From Antedon mediterranea (lineage: Eukaryota > Animalia > Echinodermata): a stretch of 64,000 bases of DNA. Under the pieces are notes generated by a model that was given only the letters and a program-made list of their open reading frames with translations, did no database searches and was not told the DNA's origin. The stretch's first letter is position 1, and the number at the start of each line of letters is the position of its first letter. Location of the stretch: the NCBI RefSeq assembly GCF_964355755.1, contig NC_092676.1, forward strand, positions 10,579,888-10,643,887, given 5' to 3'. A program made the position numbers and the translations under genes. Shown here piece after piece: positions 27,805 to 39,050 of the stretch.

Positions 27805-30633
27805 ACATCAGGCAAAGAACATTAATTCTAAACCGCCCGGTGATATACTGAAATTTAATTAATTAATTGGATAGCGACTCTTTCACACTCTCGGCGTGGT
27901 ACGGCGGAACAGGACTAGTCCTCAATTGTACGCACGCGCACAAGAGATAAAATTGATACGCCCTCATCTTTCAGTATTTTAATTCACGAGGCGGGATCTC
28001 CGAAGAGATACTTTTATATATATAAACACATCAGGCAAAGAACATTAATTCTAAACCGCTCGGTGATATACTGAAATGTAATTAATTAATTTGAAACGAT
28101 AAAGATGAGGAAATCTGTGAGAATGAGAAAAAGTCCCCCCAACCGAGATTCGAACTCGGACTGTCTGCTTGATATGCAGCTGTCCTAACCATTAGACCAC
28201 TGGGGCTTTCATGGTATTGTTCAAACTCGATTGGATAGGGACTCTTTCACACTCTCTAACACAATTTACATCAGGTGGTTAAAATCAGTACTGAAAGTAC
28301 GAGCCAACTTTATATACCACGAATTTTGCCCTTACGTATAATATATATACGTATAATTACCTTACGTATAATATATATACGTAAGGGCAAAATTCGTGGT
28401 ATATAAAGTTGGTTCGTCCTTTCAGTACTGATTTTAACCACCTGATGTAAATTGTGTTAGATAATTAGTTATTGACAATTAAAACGAATTTTAGGTTCAA
28501 CGATTTGCCCCAAATAGAATAGAGATGTTTTCCGATCGTGGTATACACTGTCTAATGAATTACCATCTTGAAAAATACCCGCACACAATAATACGAGGAT
28601 GCTTCGCATTACCCATTTCTTCCTCCTAAAATAATTATTTTTACTATCTGAAAACCGGTTGAACAGCTCCAGTACAGCATCATAATGTTGAAGCCGATTT
28701 TCTTCAAAAAATGCCATTTTGATAGATTTTATATACGTTTATAGGCCTACAAATGTATTGATTTGCGATGAATGGAACATTCCAAATTATTTGGTTTAAC
28801 ACAAGTAGGTAAATTTATGGGCCATTGAAAAATCTTAAAACCTTAAGGTATAGTATTGCAATACCCTTGAAAATACTGTAAATACGCATTAACCACTTCA
28901 GGTCGCCATTTGAATCGCAAATTTCTTACTTTGAGTGTTGGTACTGTTAGATATAATATAAAAATATATACAAATAAACTTTATTACTGTGAGCGTGGGA
29001 GGTCCTACTGATTATAAAAACACAGTTTTAACAAATTAATGATTAAATCGCAAATGTTTTACTGTATTTAGTGGTATATTATTTATAGGCCTATAAAACA
29101 TGAAATAAATATTTCGTTACTGTACTGAGTTGGATAAAGAATATATTTAAACAGTCCCCATCCCTCAACACTAATGTTACATACCAAACACAAATTGGGT
29201 TTGTTTAAATGAGTCCAAATCAATAATTTGGACTCATTTTCTGACAAGTTTCTCTTTCGGAAGTAATTCACAGGGTGCTAGTTTAAATCAGCGTCTGTCT
29301 ATTTATTCGTTTCTGTAAACGACAATGTATTTTACGGTACGACGTACATTTGAACTTTTTTACGCTGAAATTACTGTGTAACTATCTGTGGGCACGACCT
29401 AGATCTTGTCTACAATATTATTCATGATGCCAGAATTCACGTGTTCAATGAGACAATATCTTTCTCTCTTTCTCTGTAGATATGATACTGGAAAGATATA
29501 ACATTTTTTAAATGTAGATACTGTGAAGCTAGCTCATAATAATTGAAAATTGACATGCGCTAATAACTCATATTCAAAACAAAATATAACCATTAATATT
29601 TATTTGTTTGTTTTGTCTTTGTTTACAAGCAACTGGATTATGGAAGATCACAACAGCTATGATTGGTAAATTTAGTGTGACGTTTGCATTTGCTTTAATT
29701 TATCTGTTTGCAGCTGAAATATTCCCAACTCCAGTCAGGTAATAAAGAATACAAAATGTGCCATTCATTATTGATCGATACTGAACATGTTGTTTAGAAT
29801 TAACTTACCAATATTATTGCAATTTCATTTTGATTATCATGATTTTAATTAGTATAATAATAATGCTAATGATAATAATAATGATAATGCTAATAATGCT
29901 AATGATAATGATATTTATAGGCCTAGAGACTCTTATTATAAAATAATTGTCTCAACCAAGACAACTATTAAATATTTAATACATTTTTTAGGGTCATTGG
30001 TGTTGGTGCTTCATCCATCTCAGCAATTGTCGGAGGAATTATTGCTCCGTTACTACTTGAATTAAGTGTGCTATGGGAACCACTTCATCTTTTATGTTTT
30101 GGGAGTCTGTCTATTACTGCCGGAATATTCACATTAATTTTACCAGAAACCAATGGAAAACAGCTTCCAGAGACTTTAGAAGAAGGAGAAAACTTTGGAA
30201 ATTCAAAGTACGTGATATTATAGTCCACATATAGAAAACTACAATCTGGTCTCCAAATTGTGAGATTTTTAAAGAACTAATTGACACCAAACTGTTACCA
30301 TTTTTCTTCTCGTCTATCAGATGATTTTAATTCAAGACCGATACCACGTTTATAAATGTAAAAAGACGTGAGATTGAAGATTTCTGTTAACAACGTTATA
30401 CTATTCCGGTCCTGGATTATAGAGAATTAACCAAGAAATCAGCCAAAGTACTACTTTTAAAACAGTGTTGTTGTTCTATTACTTATTTACACGTTTAAGT
30501 TATTTAGAAACAATATATTAGTTAACGTATCTCCTTTTGTTTCTCTTACAGAAAGTCGGCTTGTGTCGTTTCTTATAATGAACGAGAAAAAAGTGTAGAC
30601 GAAGAATTGGTTGAACTAAAACCATCCGTTTAA
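2325..30633 (+). CDS. SLC22 family (organic cation transporter/Orct-like) gene A, 3' part: six coding exons; 5' exons lie upstream of the window
   Basis: Exons 2325-2460, 3789-3871, 4127-4335, 29630-29738, 29992-30207 and 30552-30633 are all AG/GT bounded and phase-consistent. Motifs: PESARWL, DLFKTPNMRKKTL, YYGLSL, VEIPA, DKFGRR, AEIFPTPVR, LPETNGKQLPET. Confidence 0.93.
3789..3871 (+). CDS. SLC22 gene A exon (AEDESGTILDLFKTPNMRKKTLIMMYNW)
   Basis: atag acceptor, gtaat donor; matches gene B exon 51080-51168. Confidence 0.9.
4127..4335 (+). CDS. SLC22 gene A exon (FVVACVYYGLSL...DKFGRR...IWT)
   Basis: acag/gtgagt boundaries; 209 nt, the same length as the paralogous gene B exon. Confidence 0.93.
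4455..5087 (+). mobile_element. 5'-truncated Penelope-like retroelement (GIY-YIG C-terminal half plus 3' region)
   Basis: ORF 4474-4707 RMTQHRSAIK..VAEHFNSAGHS..KENHW..LKTTKPFGLN; hammerhead motif downstream; ends at a TA-rich tract. Confidence 0.85.
4953..4984 (+). ncRNA. Minimal hammerhead ribozyme motif
   Basis: CTGATGA-A-GGGC-tagtgtt-GCCC-GAAA-GCTC. Confidence 0.65.
5144..5483 (-). mobile_element. ~340-bp (TA)n-flanked repeat unit carrying an internal tRNA-like sequence (family 1)
   Basis: Bounded by TA tracts on both sides; its end 5143-5200 recurs at 31563-31623. Confidence 0.65.
5257..5328 (-). tRNA. tRNA-like cloverleaf (Pro-like body, TGT at the anticodon position); probable repeat-borne tRNA derivative
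   Basis: GGCTCTG..TGGTCTAGTGG (A box)..CTCGC-cctgtaa-GCGAG..GGTTCGAATCC (B box)..CAGAGAC-A followed by TTTTTT. Confidence 0.65.
8370..23360. repeat. Complex AT-rich satellite (ATCAACTAAAC/AACTACAT core) with homogeneous 92-bp arrays at ~9045-10470 and ~11710-17810
   Basis: GAACTGCATT recurs at 9241, 9333 and 9425 (period 92, made of two ~46-bp halves); flanks are degenerate shorter units. Confidence 0.92.
10677..11224. mobile_element. 548-bp non-autonomous Kolobok-like DNA transposon
   Basis: TTAA on both sides (10673-10676, 11225-11228); TIR AGATGTATTGTCCCTT / AAGGGACAATACATCT; purine-purine termini fit Kolobok rather than piggyBac. Confidence 0.8.
21081..23996. repeat. Tandem segmental duplication, offset ~2.28 kb (21081-21710 versus 23361-23996)
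   Basis: Near-identical unique sequence containing two exon-like segments. Confidence 0.88.
21158..25570 (-). pseudogene. Decayed multi-exon cargo gene inside the 21-kb element
   Basis: AG/GT-bounded segments 24925-24878, 24720-24619, 24293-24188, 23491-23446, 21628-21532 and 21203-21158; the joined frame has stops and frameshifts. Confidence 0.5.
27654..27725 (+). tRNA. tRNA-like cloverleaf (ATC at the anticodon position), repeat-borne
   Basis: GCCCCAG-TG-GTCTAATGGTTAGGAC-A-TCTGC-atatcaa-GCAGG-CGGT-CCGAG-TTCGAGT-CTCGG-TTGAGGC-G, then TTTTT at 27728. Confidence 0.65.
28135..28206 (-). tRNA. tRNA-like copy of the same family, more diverged
   Basis: Reverse-complement copy of 27654-27725 with a few substitutions; a deleted copy lies at ~27078-27141. 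Confidence 0.55.
28255..28461. mobile_element. Near-perfect palindrome / MITE-like element (~85-bp arms)
   Basis: TCTAACACAATTTACATCAGGTGG...GCCCTTACGTAT and its reverse complement; related sequence at ~37770-37860, ~58575-58640 and ~59820-59915. Confidence 0.75.
29630..29738 (+). CDS. SLC22 gene A exon (TGLWKITTAMIGKF...AEIFPTPVR)
   Basis: aag acceptor after a pyrimidine tract, gtaat donor; 109 nt as in gene B. Confidence 0.92.
29992..30207 (+). CDS. SLC22 gene A exon (VIGVGASSISAIVGGII...LPETLEEGENFGNS)
   Basis: tttag/gtacgt boundaries; LPETxGxxLPET motif. Confidence 0.92.
30552..30633 (+). CDS. SLC22 gene A last coding exon (KSACVVSYNEREKSVDEELVELKPSV*)
   Basis: Strong polypyrimidine tract plus acag, phase match, TAA at 30631-30633; AATAAA signals near 30758 and 30842. 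Confidence 0.78.
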
Positions 30634-31146
30634 ACAATTATTAGTTGTTGTAAACGTACTGATTCCTATTAAACTGTAACGTAATTATTCTTATTATCAT
30701 CCAATATTATTCACCTGCTGTATAATTTCCACATTAACGGGTTAAGGTAAAGTTATGAATAAACTTAGTATTAACTCATTGAAATGGTATTTTAAATGGT
30801 ATTTCCTAATATAGGCAAATCGTCTAATATATTTATTATCAAATAAAGATATACTGTATTTATTTATATTTATTCATATATTTGAAAACCATTGATTGTT
30901 AAAATCAAATGTGATTCTTATTGTAGAATAGAATATTATATAACACCTACATAAATTCCTTTCATTTAATCGGACGATTGTGGCTCACATGGCGTGCAAT
31001 CGTATGCACTATTAAACGATCTTTTGGCGTTTGGATAATATTTTGTTTTATACAGTACTATTGCTTTTGAAATACAACAGTGCCACCTATTTTGTACTTT
31101 CGCCGCGATTTGAATGTTATGTTTTTCGCGATGGAAGTAAATTTCT

Positions 31147-31232
<86 letters not shown>

Positions 31233-31278
31233 CTAGATCAAATAAGTTAAAACTGCCTCAATATAGATTTATTTTAAC

Positions 31279-31307
31279 GACATGTTTCGGGCATAGCCCA
31301 TCATCAG
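31279..31307 (-). ncRNA. Minimal hammerhead ribozyme motif
   Basis: Reverse complement reads CTGATGA-T-GGGC-tat-GCCC-GAAA-CATG-TC. Confidence 0.7.
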
Positions 31308-31411
31308 GTGAAAAGAATTGTAACAAAGGATAACATATATAAGTCACAAAATTACATAATAAAACAAATCAACCAATCAAAGATGTTAACAAACAAAAGG
31401 CATAGGCATAG

Positions 31412-31531
<120 letters not shown>

Positions 31532-31655
31532 CAATGATGTTGCGTAGCACTGCGTAAATTATATATAAATCATACTGTAAATTATAGAAACAGTGCTCAT
31601 ATTCGGAACATGATCTCATAATCATATGAGCACTGTTTCTATAATTTACAGTATG

Positions 31656-31690
<35 letters not shown>

Positions 31691-31770
31691 AACATCTTTG
31701 ATTGGTTGATTTGTTTTATTATGTAATTTTGTGACTTATATATGTTATCCTTTGTTACAATTCTTTTCAC

Positions 31771-31799
31771 CTGATGATGGGCTATGCCCGAAACATGTC
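31771..31799 (+). ncRNA. Minimal hammerhead ribozyme motif
   Basis: CTGATGA-T-GGGC-tat-GCCC-GAAA-CATG-TC; palindromic ACATGT stem III; stem I weak. Confidence 0.7.
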
Positions 31800-31845
31800 G
31801 TTAAAATAAATCTATATTGAGGCAGTTTTAACTTATTTGATCTTG

Positions 31846-31967
<122 letters not shown>

Positions 31968-33183
31968 ACTAATTTAGATCAAAAAGGCATTTAAATTAGC
32001 TTTAGATAGTTTGTAGAATTTTGATTAATTAATGGAAACATCTTTACAAGACGTAGCATCGTTAGAAAAAACATAATTAGCCCAGAAGAGTTCCATTTTC
32101 CTGTCAAAGTTTTGCTTTTCAGCCTAGCTAGGCCTGTTAGTATTAGGCTAGGCCTCCTAGCTTAAGAGTTTTAGCATATCTGTATCTTGTTACCATAGTA
32201 ACGGCCATTTTTAAAATTACAGAATTTTCTTTTAGTTTTTCCTAGTATTGCACTGTCAAATAATACGTTGCTTTTACACGGATTGTTAAAATTTAATTTT
32301 CAATACAAGATGATGAAAAGCAACACATTTTTGGAACACAACCTACCATTTATTTTCAATAGGGGTGTTCTTACTTGTGGTAAAAAATCAATCCAATTTT
32401 TGTTTGGAGCTTCACAACCTCTATGGTAACACTTGAATTGCGTTGTTCTTGATTATATATATTATATGAATCTTGTGTGAATGAATAAAAGGCAAAAAAC
32501 TTTGGGGAATATATTTTTGTTATACTGATGTTGTCACAAATGTTTGTATTTCCTTCTGATTTCAGGATTTATTATTTGTAAAGATATAAAATTGAACTGA
32601 ATTCAAATTGAATCAAACATTAAAACCAAAATGTAGAGCAGACATTACTCTATACATTGATATAAAAAAATGTTTGAGCAAGAAAAACTAAACTTTTCTA
32701 TTTTATACTAAACCCTACCCAAAACTGTTTAATAATCTAAAACAACTCAGTGTTTTGTTAACTTATGTACGTTATTCATAGCTATAAACATGTACATAAA
32801 GATGCATGCCTATCATATATTAATATGATAATTTTATATATTTTTAAAATAATAGTCTTAGCATATTTTTTAAATAATATTTACATGTTTTAGGTATGGA
32901 AACTTTCATTATTTAAAAAAATATAAACTTTTGTCTTATATGACGTCATTGATTATCTGATTACAATCAAATTACATCGAAATAAAGAGACATTGCTCTA
33001 TACAAGGAACCTGCATGTAGTGAGGGCGTTTGAAACGTACTTTCAAACGCTTCCCTTTAAAATCGCTTATTTTCAGTCTTTTAAAAAGGCGATTGTCTTT
33101 TAGAATACTGATCGAAAATTAGTAATAGTTTGTTATTTACGATTGATTGGAATTATTGTCAGTTTGGATCAGATTATTCGTAT

Positions 33184-35011
33184 TGTAATGATTTTGGGGT
33201 TGAAGAAAAGATAGAGGGCGGCAGATGGAAGCAGAGTTAGGCAGGAAGAGTAGCAGAGAACGGACGTGAGAAAAAGGGCAGAGAGGGATTGGAGAAGGAA
33301 GGCAATGGAGGGTTACCTCGAGCTGCGTTAAAAAGGAGGGAGAGATTGGAGCTGAAAAAGCGGAGAAGCAGGGAGAAGACGTGTTAAATAAGTAGGGACA
33401 TTAGAGAAATTGGAAAACAAAGCGTAGAGAATATTAGAGAAAAGAAAGAGAAAATTAGAGCTGAATAATAAAAGGAGAGTTAAGACACAGCAAGTAAGTT
33501 AGCCGGAGGGTACAGCCTACCGCCTGTGCTGCTGTTTGAGACATAGTGAGCCAGAGGTTGCGCCTACTGTACTGGTTGTATTACTATTTGAGACATAGTG
33601 AGCCGGAGGTTGCGCCTACTGTACTGGTTGTATCACTATTTGAGATAGCTGAGCCGGAGGTTGCACCTACTGGTTGTGTTACTGCTTGATACATTAAATT
33701 GATACAGTTAGCCCGTGGTACACCCTGTGGTTGTGATACTGCTTTGCTGGTGGGTACACCTATTAGCCAGTGGTTAAGACTACTGGTGGTTACCCTGTTA
33801 GCCGGTACGTGGTTACGTGCTGTGGAGGTTACACCATCGTTGGTGGTTACGTTGCTGTGGAGGTTACGTTGCTGTGGAGGTTACGTTGCTGTGGAGGTTA
33901 CGTTGCTGTGGAGGTTACGCCATTGTTGGAGGTTACGTTGCTGTGGAGGTTACACCACTGTTGGAGGTTACACCGTTGCTGGTGGTTACGTTGCTGTGGA
34001 GGTTACGTTGCTGTGGAGGTTACACCATCGTTGGTGGTTACATTGCTGTGGAGGTTACACCATTGTTGGTGGTTACGTGCTGTGGAGGTCACACCATCGT
34101 TGGTGGTTACGTTGCTGTGGAGGTTACACCATTGTTGGTGGTTACGTGCTGTGGAGGTTACACCATTGTTGGTGGTTACGTTGCTGTGGAGGTTAAGCCA
34201 TTGTTGGTGGTTACGTGCTGTGGAGGTTACACCATTGTTGGTGGTTACGTTGCTGTGGAGGTTAAGCCATTGTTGGAGGTTACGTTGCTGTGGAGGTTAC
34301 ACCACTGTTGGAGGTTACACCACTGTTGGAGGTTACACCGTTGCTGGTGGTTACGTTGCTATGGAGGTTACGTTGCTGTGGAGGTTACACCATCGTTGGT
34401 GGTTACGTTGCTGTGGAGGTTACACCATTGTTGGTGGTTACGTGCTGTGGAGGTTACACCATCGTTGGTGGTTACGTTGCTGTGGAGGTTACACCATTGT
34501 TGGTGGTTACGTGCTGTGGAGGTTACACCATCGTTGGTGGTTACGTTGCTGTGGAGGTTACACCATTGTTGGTGGTTACGTGCTGTTGGGAGGTTACACC
34601 ATTGTTGGTGGTTACGTTGCTGTGGAGGTTACGCCATTGTTGGTGGTTACGTTGCTGTGGAGGTTACGCCATTGTTGGTGGTTACGTTGCTGTGGAGGTT
34701 ACACCATTGTTGGTGGTTACGTGCTGTTGGAGGTTACACCATTGTTGGTGGTTACGTGCATGTTGGAGGTTACGCCGTTGTTGGTGGTTACATTACTGGT
34801 GGTTACGCTGTTGTTTCAAGTCCGGCGTAATAGCAGAACTAATCTAATTAATTATTATAATCGGTTGTTACCAATAATTTGGAATCATAGAAGAATAAAG
34901 GAGGTCACTCCAGTAATTGTAATTGATTTGTTTGTTTCATTTGAGTGTGCCGCAGTACCGCAGACCCTTCCCCCCAAAAGGGAACGAACCCGAGAGCGGA
35001 TTTTTGTTACA
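33184..35011 (+). mobile_element. Probable solo LTR (1.83 kb) with an internal minisatellite
   Basis: TGTAA...TTACA inverted ends; flanks GTAT/ATAT (imperfect 4-bp TSD); purine-rich 5' part; AATAAA ~115 bp before the 3' end. Confidence 0.55.
33500..34810. repeat. Minisatellite of 17-18 bp variant units (GGAGGTTACACCATTGTT / GGTGGTTACGTTGCTGT)
   Basis: Direct reading; produces the four overlapping spurious ORFs. Confidence 0.93.
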
Positions 35012-35109
35012 ATATTTTGAAGTACTTTTTGAGGTAGGGTTGCCGTGTAATCCGTAGTGTGCAGATCTGTCAATTCGTTCACGGTCACACACGTAAACAC
35101 CCTTTTGTT

Positions 35110-36560
35110 TACCTTAGCAGCGTATTGTAGAGAGAGTGTCACGCCTCAGTAAATACCGTTACATCGGTCTTGACCGTGTGTAACCATGGCGACCACACAA
35201 CCTAGCGGTAATTATAACGTTAAGCCGATCTTCGTTATAGAGTAGACGATGATATCCGAAGTAAAGATGATGCCTATCTAAAGGAAGAAGACATATATTT
35301 TCCACTAAATGACGTCATAAAATGTGAACATCTAATTGGTGCACAGAAATCTAAAAATCTATGGCGTATTTAGGCCTACATAGATGACCACGCTGAAACA
35401 GTGAAAGCTATCACGTCGGGTTTAAACATAAAATGAAAGCATATTAATGTTTTTGATACAAACCCATATATTAACGGAGAGAACAATACAATAATTTTAG
35501 TAAAAGATGTACGCTATCGGTACGGAATGAAGAAATAACTTATTCCCTGAAAAAGTTAGGATGTACTTGTAATTGTTGGAGACGTTTCCTACGTTAAATT
35601 CAGAATACATGGAAAATAGTCCCGATTTCTGAATGTAGATCGCATACTTTTTGTAGAACCTTTAAAAAAAGTATAGGCCTACCATGGTTTCTCAAATCAA
35701 CAAGTTTAATGCGGGAACTGTTCACAAGGACCAACAAGATTTAATGAAATGATAGAGATACCTTAGGCTCAATTGAGTTGGAAGATGCCTTCGACAGAGT
35801 AAAATCAGTAAATTGTGAGGAAGCGTCTACTATGACAAAAAAAGATAAAAAGAAAACAAAGCAAAGCAAAGCAACGAGAAATAAAAAGAAATGACAAACC
35901 TGAACAAAAATCGACAGAAAAATTGAACAAAGTTAGCAAAGGAATGAGACCGATAACTGACTTTACTACTACTGCTACTACTGGAGATCAAGAGACAACA
36001 CTATCGAAACAGCAGTAATTAGTAGACAGAACTTTGCTACTTGTAAGCGAAAGAAGATTACTGTGAGTCGAAAAATGCAGAAAAAAGGAATAAAAAGTCT
36101 GACTCTTTGAGCTAAAATGTTCAGTGGTAGAAAGATAAGAAAGAAATCAGATTCAGTAATTTGAATCTATCATTACGTAGAAGGACACCGTTATTGTATA
36201 AGAATATAAATATTAGAAAATAAATTTAAACAAAAATTAATAAATAAAAATAAAAACGAAATAAAAAAATATCTCTCTGCATTTATTATCGTTGAATGTG
36301 AGAGGCCTTAGGAATTATGATAAAAGAAGGAAAGCCTTTAAAATGGCTTGAAGAACAAAATTTTGGCATTGTGATTCTGCAAGAAACCCATTGTGACAAT
36401 AATATTATAGGCCTAAGGCAAGACACACTTTGGAAAGGTGAAGTCTATCACAGCTTTGGAAAAAACCAATAGTAAATGAGTGTCTCTCTTGTTTACGTCT
36501 AGTTTAGATGTTAAGGATAAACACAAATTTACAGACGAAGAAATGTTTAAGCTTCAGTTA
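35110..36560 (+). mobile_element. Decayed Tx1/L1-clade LINE 5' part (ORF1 plus start of the APE endonuclease)
   Basis: ORF1 from ATG 35186 (VKPIFV..IGAQKSKNLWRI..VFDTNPY..ILVKDV); from ~36278 LLSLNVRGLRN..KRR..(fs)WL..IVILQETH..WKGEVYHSFG. Confidence 0.78.
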
Positions 36561-36893
36561 TAATGAAGTATTCTATTTTTGCGCGAGTAATTAGTTTAAG
36601 ACGTCTAGCTTCGTGAATTTCATTGTTGTACCCTGGTAGTGTTCGTCTTACGTGTAATTACAAAACAGAGTTTTTCGAATGCAGATGGCTCATACGAAAC
36701 AAAGGAATCTACGAGAATATTTACATCATTATTCCCCAGAAAATGAGCGATAATTTCAAATGCTCGTGGTCAAGTTTTGCTATTCACATTTAATTGTACA
36801 CACAACAACGTGATGATCCGAGTATTCTAATTCTTTTAAATATGACATCCAGTCAAACCCAATAGAAACTAATTTCTTCTGAGCTGTTATAAG

Positions 36894-37331
36894 TTTTGAA
36901 TGAATTTAACTGAATGCTTTGAAAAGTAAAACTATTGGCGGCGTATGTCATTCCCGCTCACGATTTATTTCTCAACCTCTTAAGCTTTGGTACCCTCTTC
37001 TCCTCTCTCTCCCCGCTGTCATCAATATGGATCCTTTACAGCGAATCCTTACAGACCTGGTCTTGGATCCAGGTAGTAAGGGAAAAAAAGCTAACATGGA
37101 CAGGTCCGGTACGTGGTCACGCTATCAAGCAGTGGGAATGACATACGCCGCCAATAGTTTGACCTTTCAAAGCATTCAATTTAATTCCATTCAAAAAATT
37201 TCATTCAAAATAAAACATTCGATTCAAAGCATTTTATTCAAAACATTTTTCAATTCACATCGATGCATTTCATTCACATATCGCGTCATAAAATTCATAT
37301 CATCGAAATATTGCGTAAACGGCGTTCCATA
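36894..37331. mobile_element. DNA-transposon remnant with ~60-bp internal inverted repeats
   Basis: AAACTATTGGCGGCGTATGTCATTCCC (36929-36955) versus exact reverse complement (37134-37160); ATTCAAA sub-repeats; ends GGCGTTCCATA (TATGG-type end). Confidence 0.55.
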
Positions 37332-38039
37332 AATTTGTTTAAAATGGAACTGTGTTAGCCAACAGAAGAAAAAAAGAACAAATTAAACGTCCAAGTCAGT
37401 CAGGGATCACGCGCGAATAAGACTGGAGTGTTAGAGGTGGGCTAGCAATAACATAGCAAAGCATCAAACCGATAATCTTCAATAAACACCAGCTAAATAA
37501 ATTACACTATCACTGAAGACAATACAATTAAAATCACACGAAATCGACAAAATTGGATACAAAATTGTTTGGTCCAAGCTGCTCACCTCGAGCGCTACTA
37601 TACATGTTTGTTTTGTTTTTTTAAATAGAATGGCAAGTAATACCAATATTTTGAAAAGAGAGACAATATTTATACTAGATTTTTTTTAATTCAATTTTAG
37701 GCAAATAATAACTAATTATCTAACTCAACTTAATTAGTAAACAGGGTTACGTTTAAGGGGTTAACATAAGTACCAAACGTAAGAACCACCTTTATATACC
37801 ATCGAGTAAACATTCTAGAAGTAACGCGCTATTTACCGAATTTTGCCCTTACATAAATGTATATAGGCCTAGATGGTGTTTTATGGTGGGAGGAGGACCT
37901 GGCGGGGTGCTTTATTCAAATAAATACGGGCCTAATAATTAGTATTCATTATTGACTATAATCATCGGCGCCTAAACATCTTGTAACATATGATTGACAT
38001 CCGCCACAAAGTGGACTGTTTACCCAGTGGGCAAAAATT

Positions 38040-39050
38040 GGTTGAATTAACGTTAATTCAACGTTATCTGCAAACGTTGAAATAACGTTGAAAAAGTGGT
38101 TGAAAATGAAAGTTTGCCTCAACGTAAATGTCAACGTTGAATCAACATAGAAATTATCAACGTTGAAACAACGTTAAAATAAGTAACGTTGAAATAACGT
38201 TGAAAAAATGGTTGAAAATGAAAGTTTGCCTCAACGTAAATGTCAACGTTGAATCAACATAGAAATTATCAACGTTGAAACAACGTTAAAATAAGTAACG
38301 TTGAATTAACGTTGAAAAAATGGTTGAAAATGAAAGTTTGCCTCAACTTAAATGTCAACGTTGAATCAACATAGAAATTATCAACGTTGAAACAACGTTA
38401 AAATAGGTAACGTTGAAATAACGTTGAAAAAATGGTTGAAAATGAAAGTTTGCCTCAACGTAAATGTCAACGTTGAATCAACATAGAAATTATCAACGTT
38501 GAAACAACGTTAAAATAGGTAACGTTAAAATAACGTTGAAAAAATGGTTGAAAATGAAAGTTTCCCTCAACGTAAATGTCAACGTTGAATCAACATAGAA
38601 ATTATCAACGTTGAAACAACGTTAAAATAAGTAACGTTGAAATAACGTTGAAAAAATGGTTGAAAATGAAAGTTTGCCTCAACAAAAATGTCAACGTTGA
38701 TTCAACATAGATTATCAACGTTGATTCAATGTTGAAATTATTAACGTTGAAACAACGTAATAATTAAGTTGAAATGAAAATTTGCATCAACGTAAATTTC
38801 AACATAGATTTAACGTTGAAATTATCAACGTTGATTCAATGTTGAAATATTAAAGTTAATTCAACATTATCCGCAAACGTTGAAATAACGCTGAAAAACT
38901 GTTGAATTAAAGTTTAAATTAAAAAAAATATCAACGTTGATCCATTGTAGAAAAAATAACGTTTAATCAACGTATACAGATCAACGTTGATTCAGTGTAA
39001 ACACATTTTTACCGTTGATTCAACATAGAAATTATCAACATTAATTTAAC
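38040..39050. repeat. Left subterminal array, 112-bp unit
   Basis: GTTTGCCTCAAC at 38112, 38224, 38336 and 38448. Confidence 0.9.

Larger units (their letters stand above)
26843..28256. mobile_element. Cluster of tandem, partial and inverted copies of a ~370-bp (TA)n-separated unit with an internal tRNA-like sequence (family 2)
   Basis: Unit start ACATCAG(G/C)CAA(A/T)GAACATT recurs at ~26843, 26971, 27326, 27801 and 28024; inverted copy at ~27480-27772. Confidence 0.85.

Noticed and set aside
28469-28717. 82-aa minus-strand ORF
   Set aside because: No recognisable motif or splice context
33699-35020. Four overlapping ORFs (CCGGY/VEVTPLL repeats)
   Set aside because: The same minisatellite is open in all + frames and shifts frame between units
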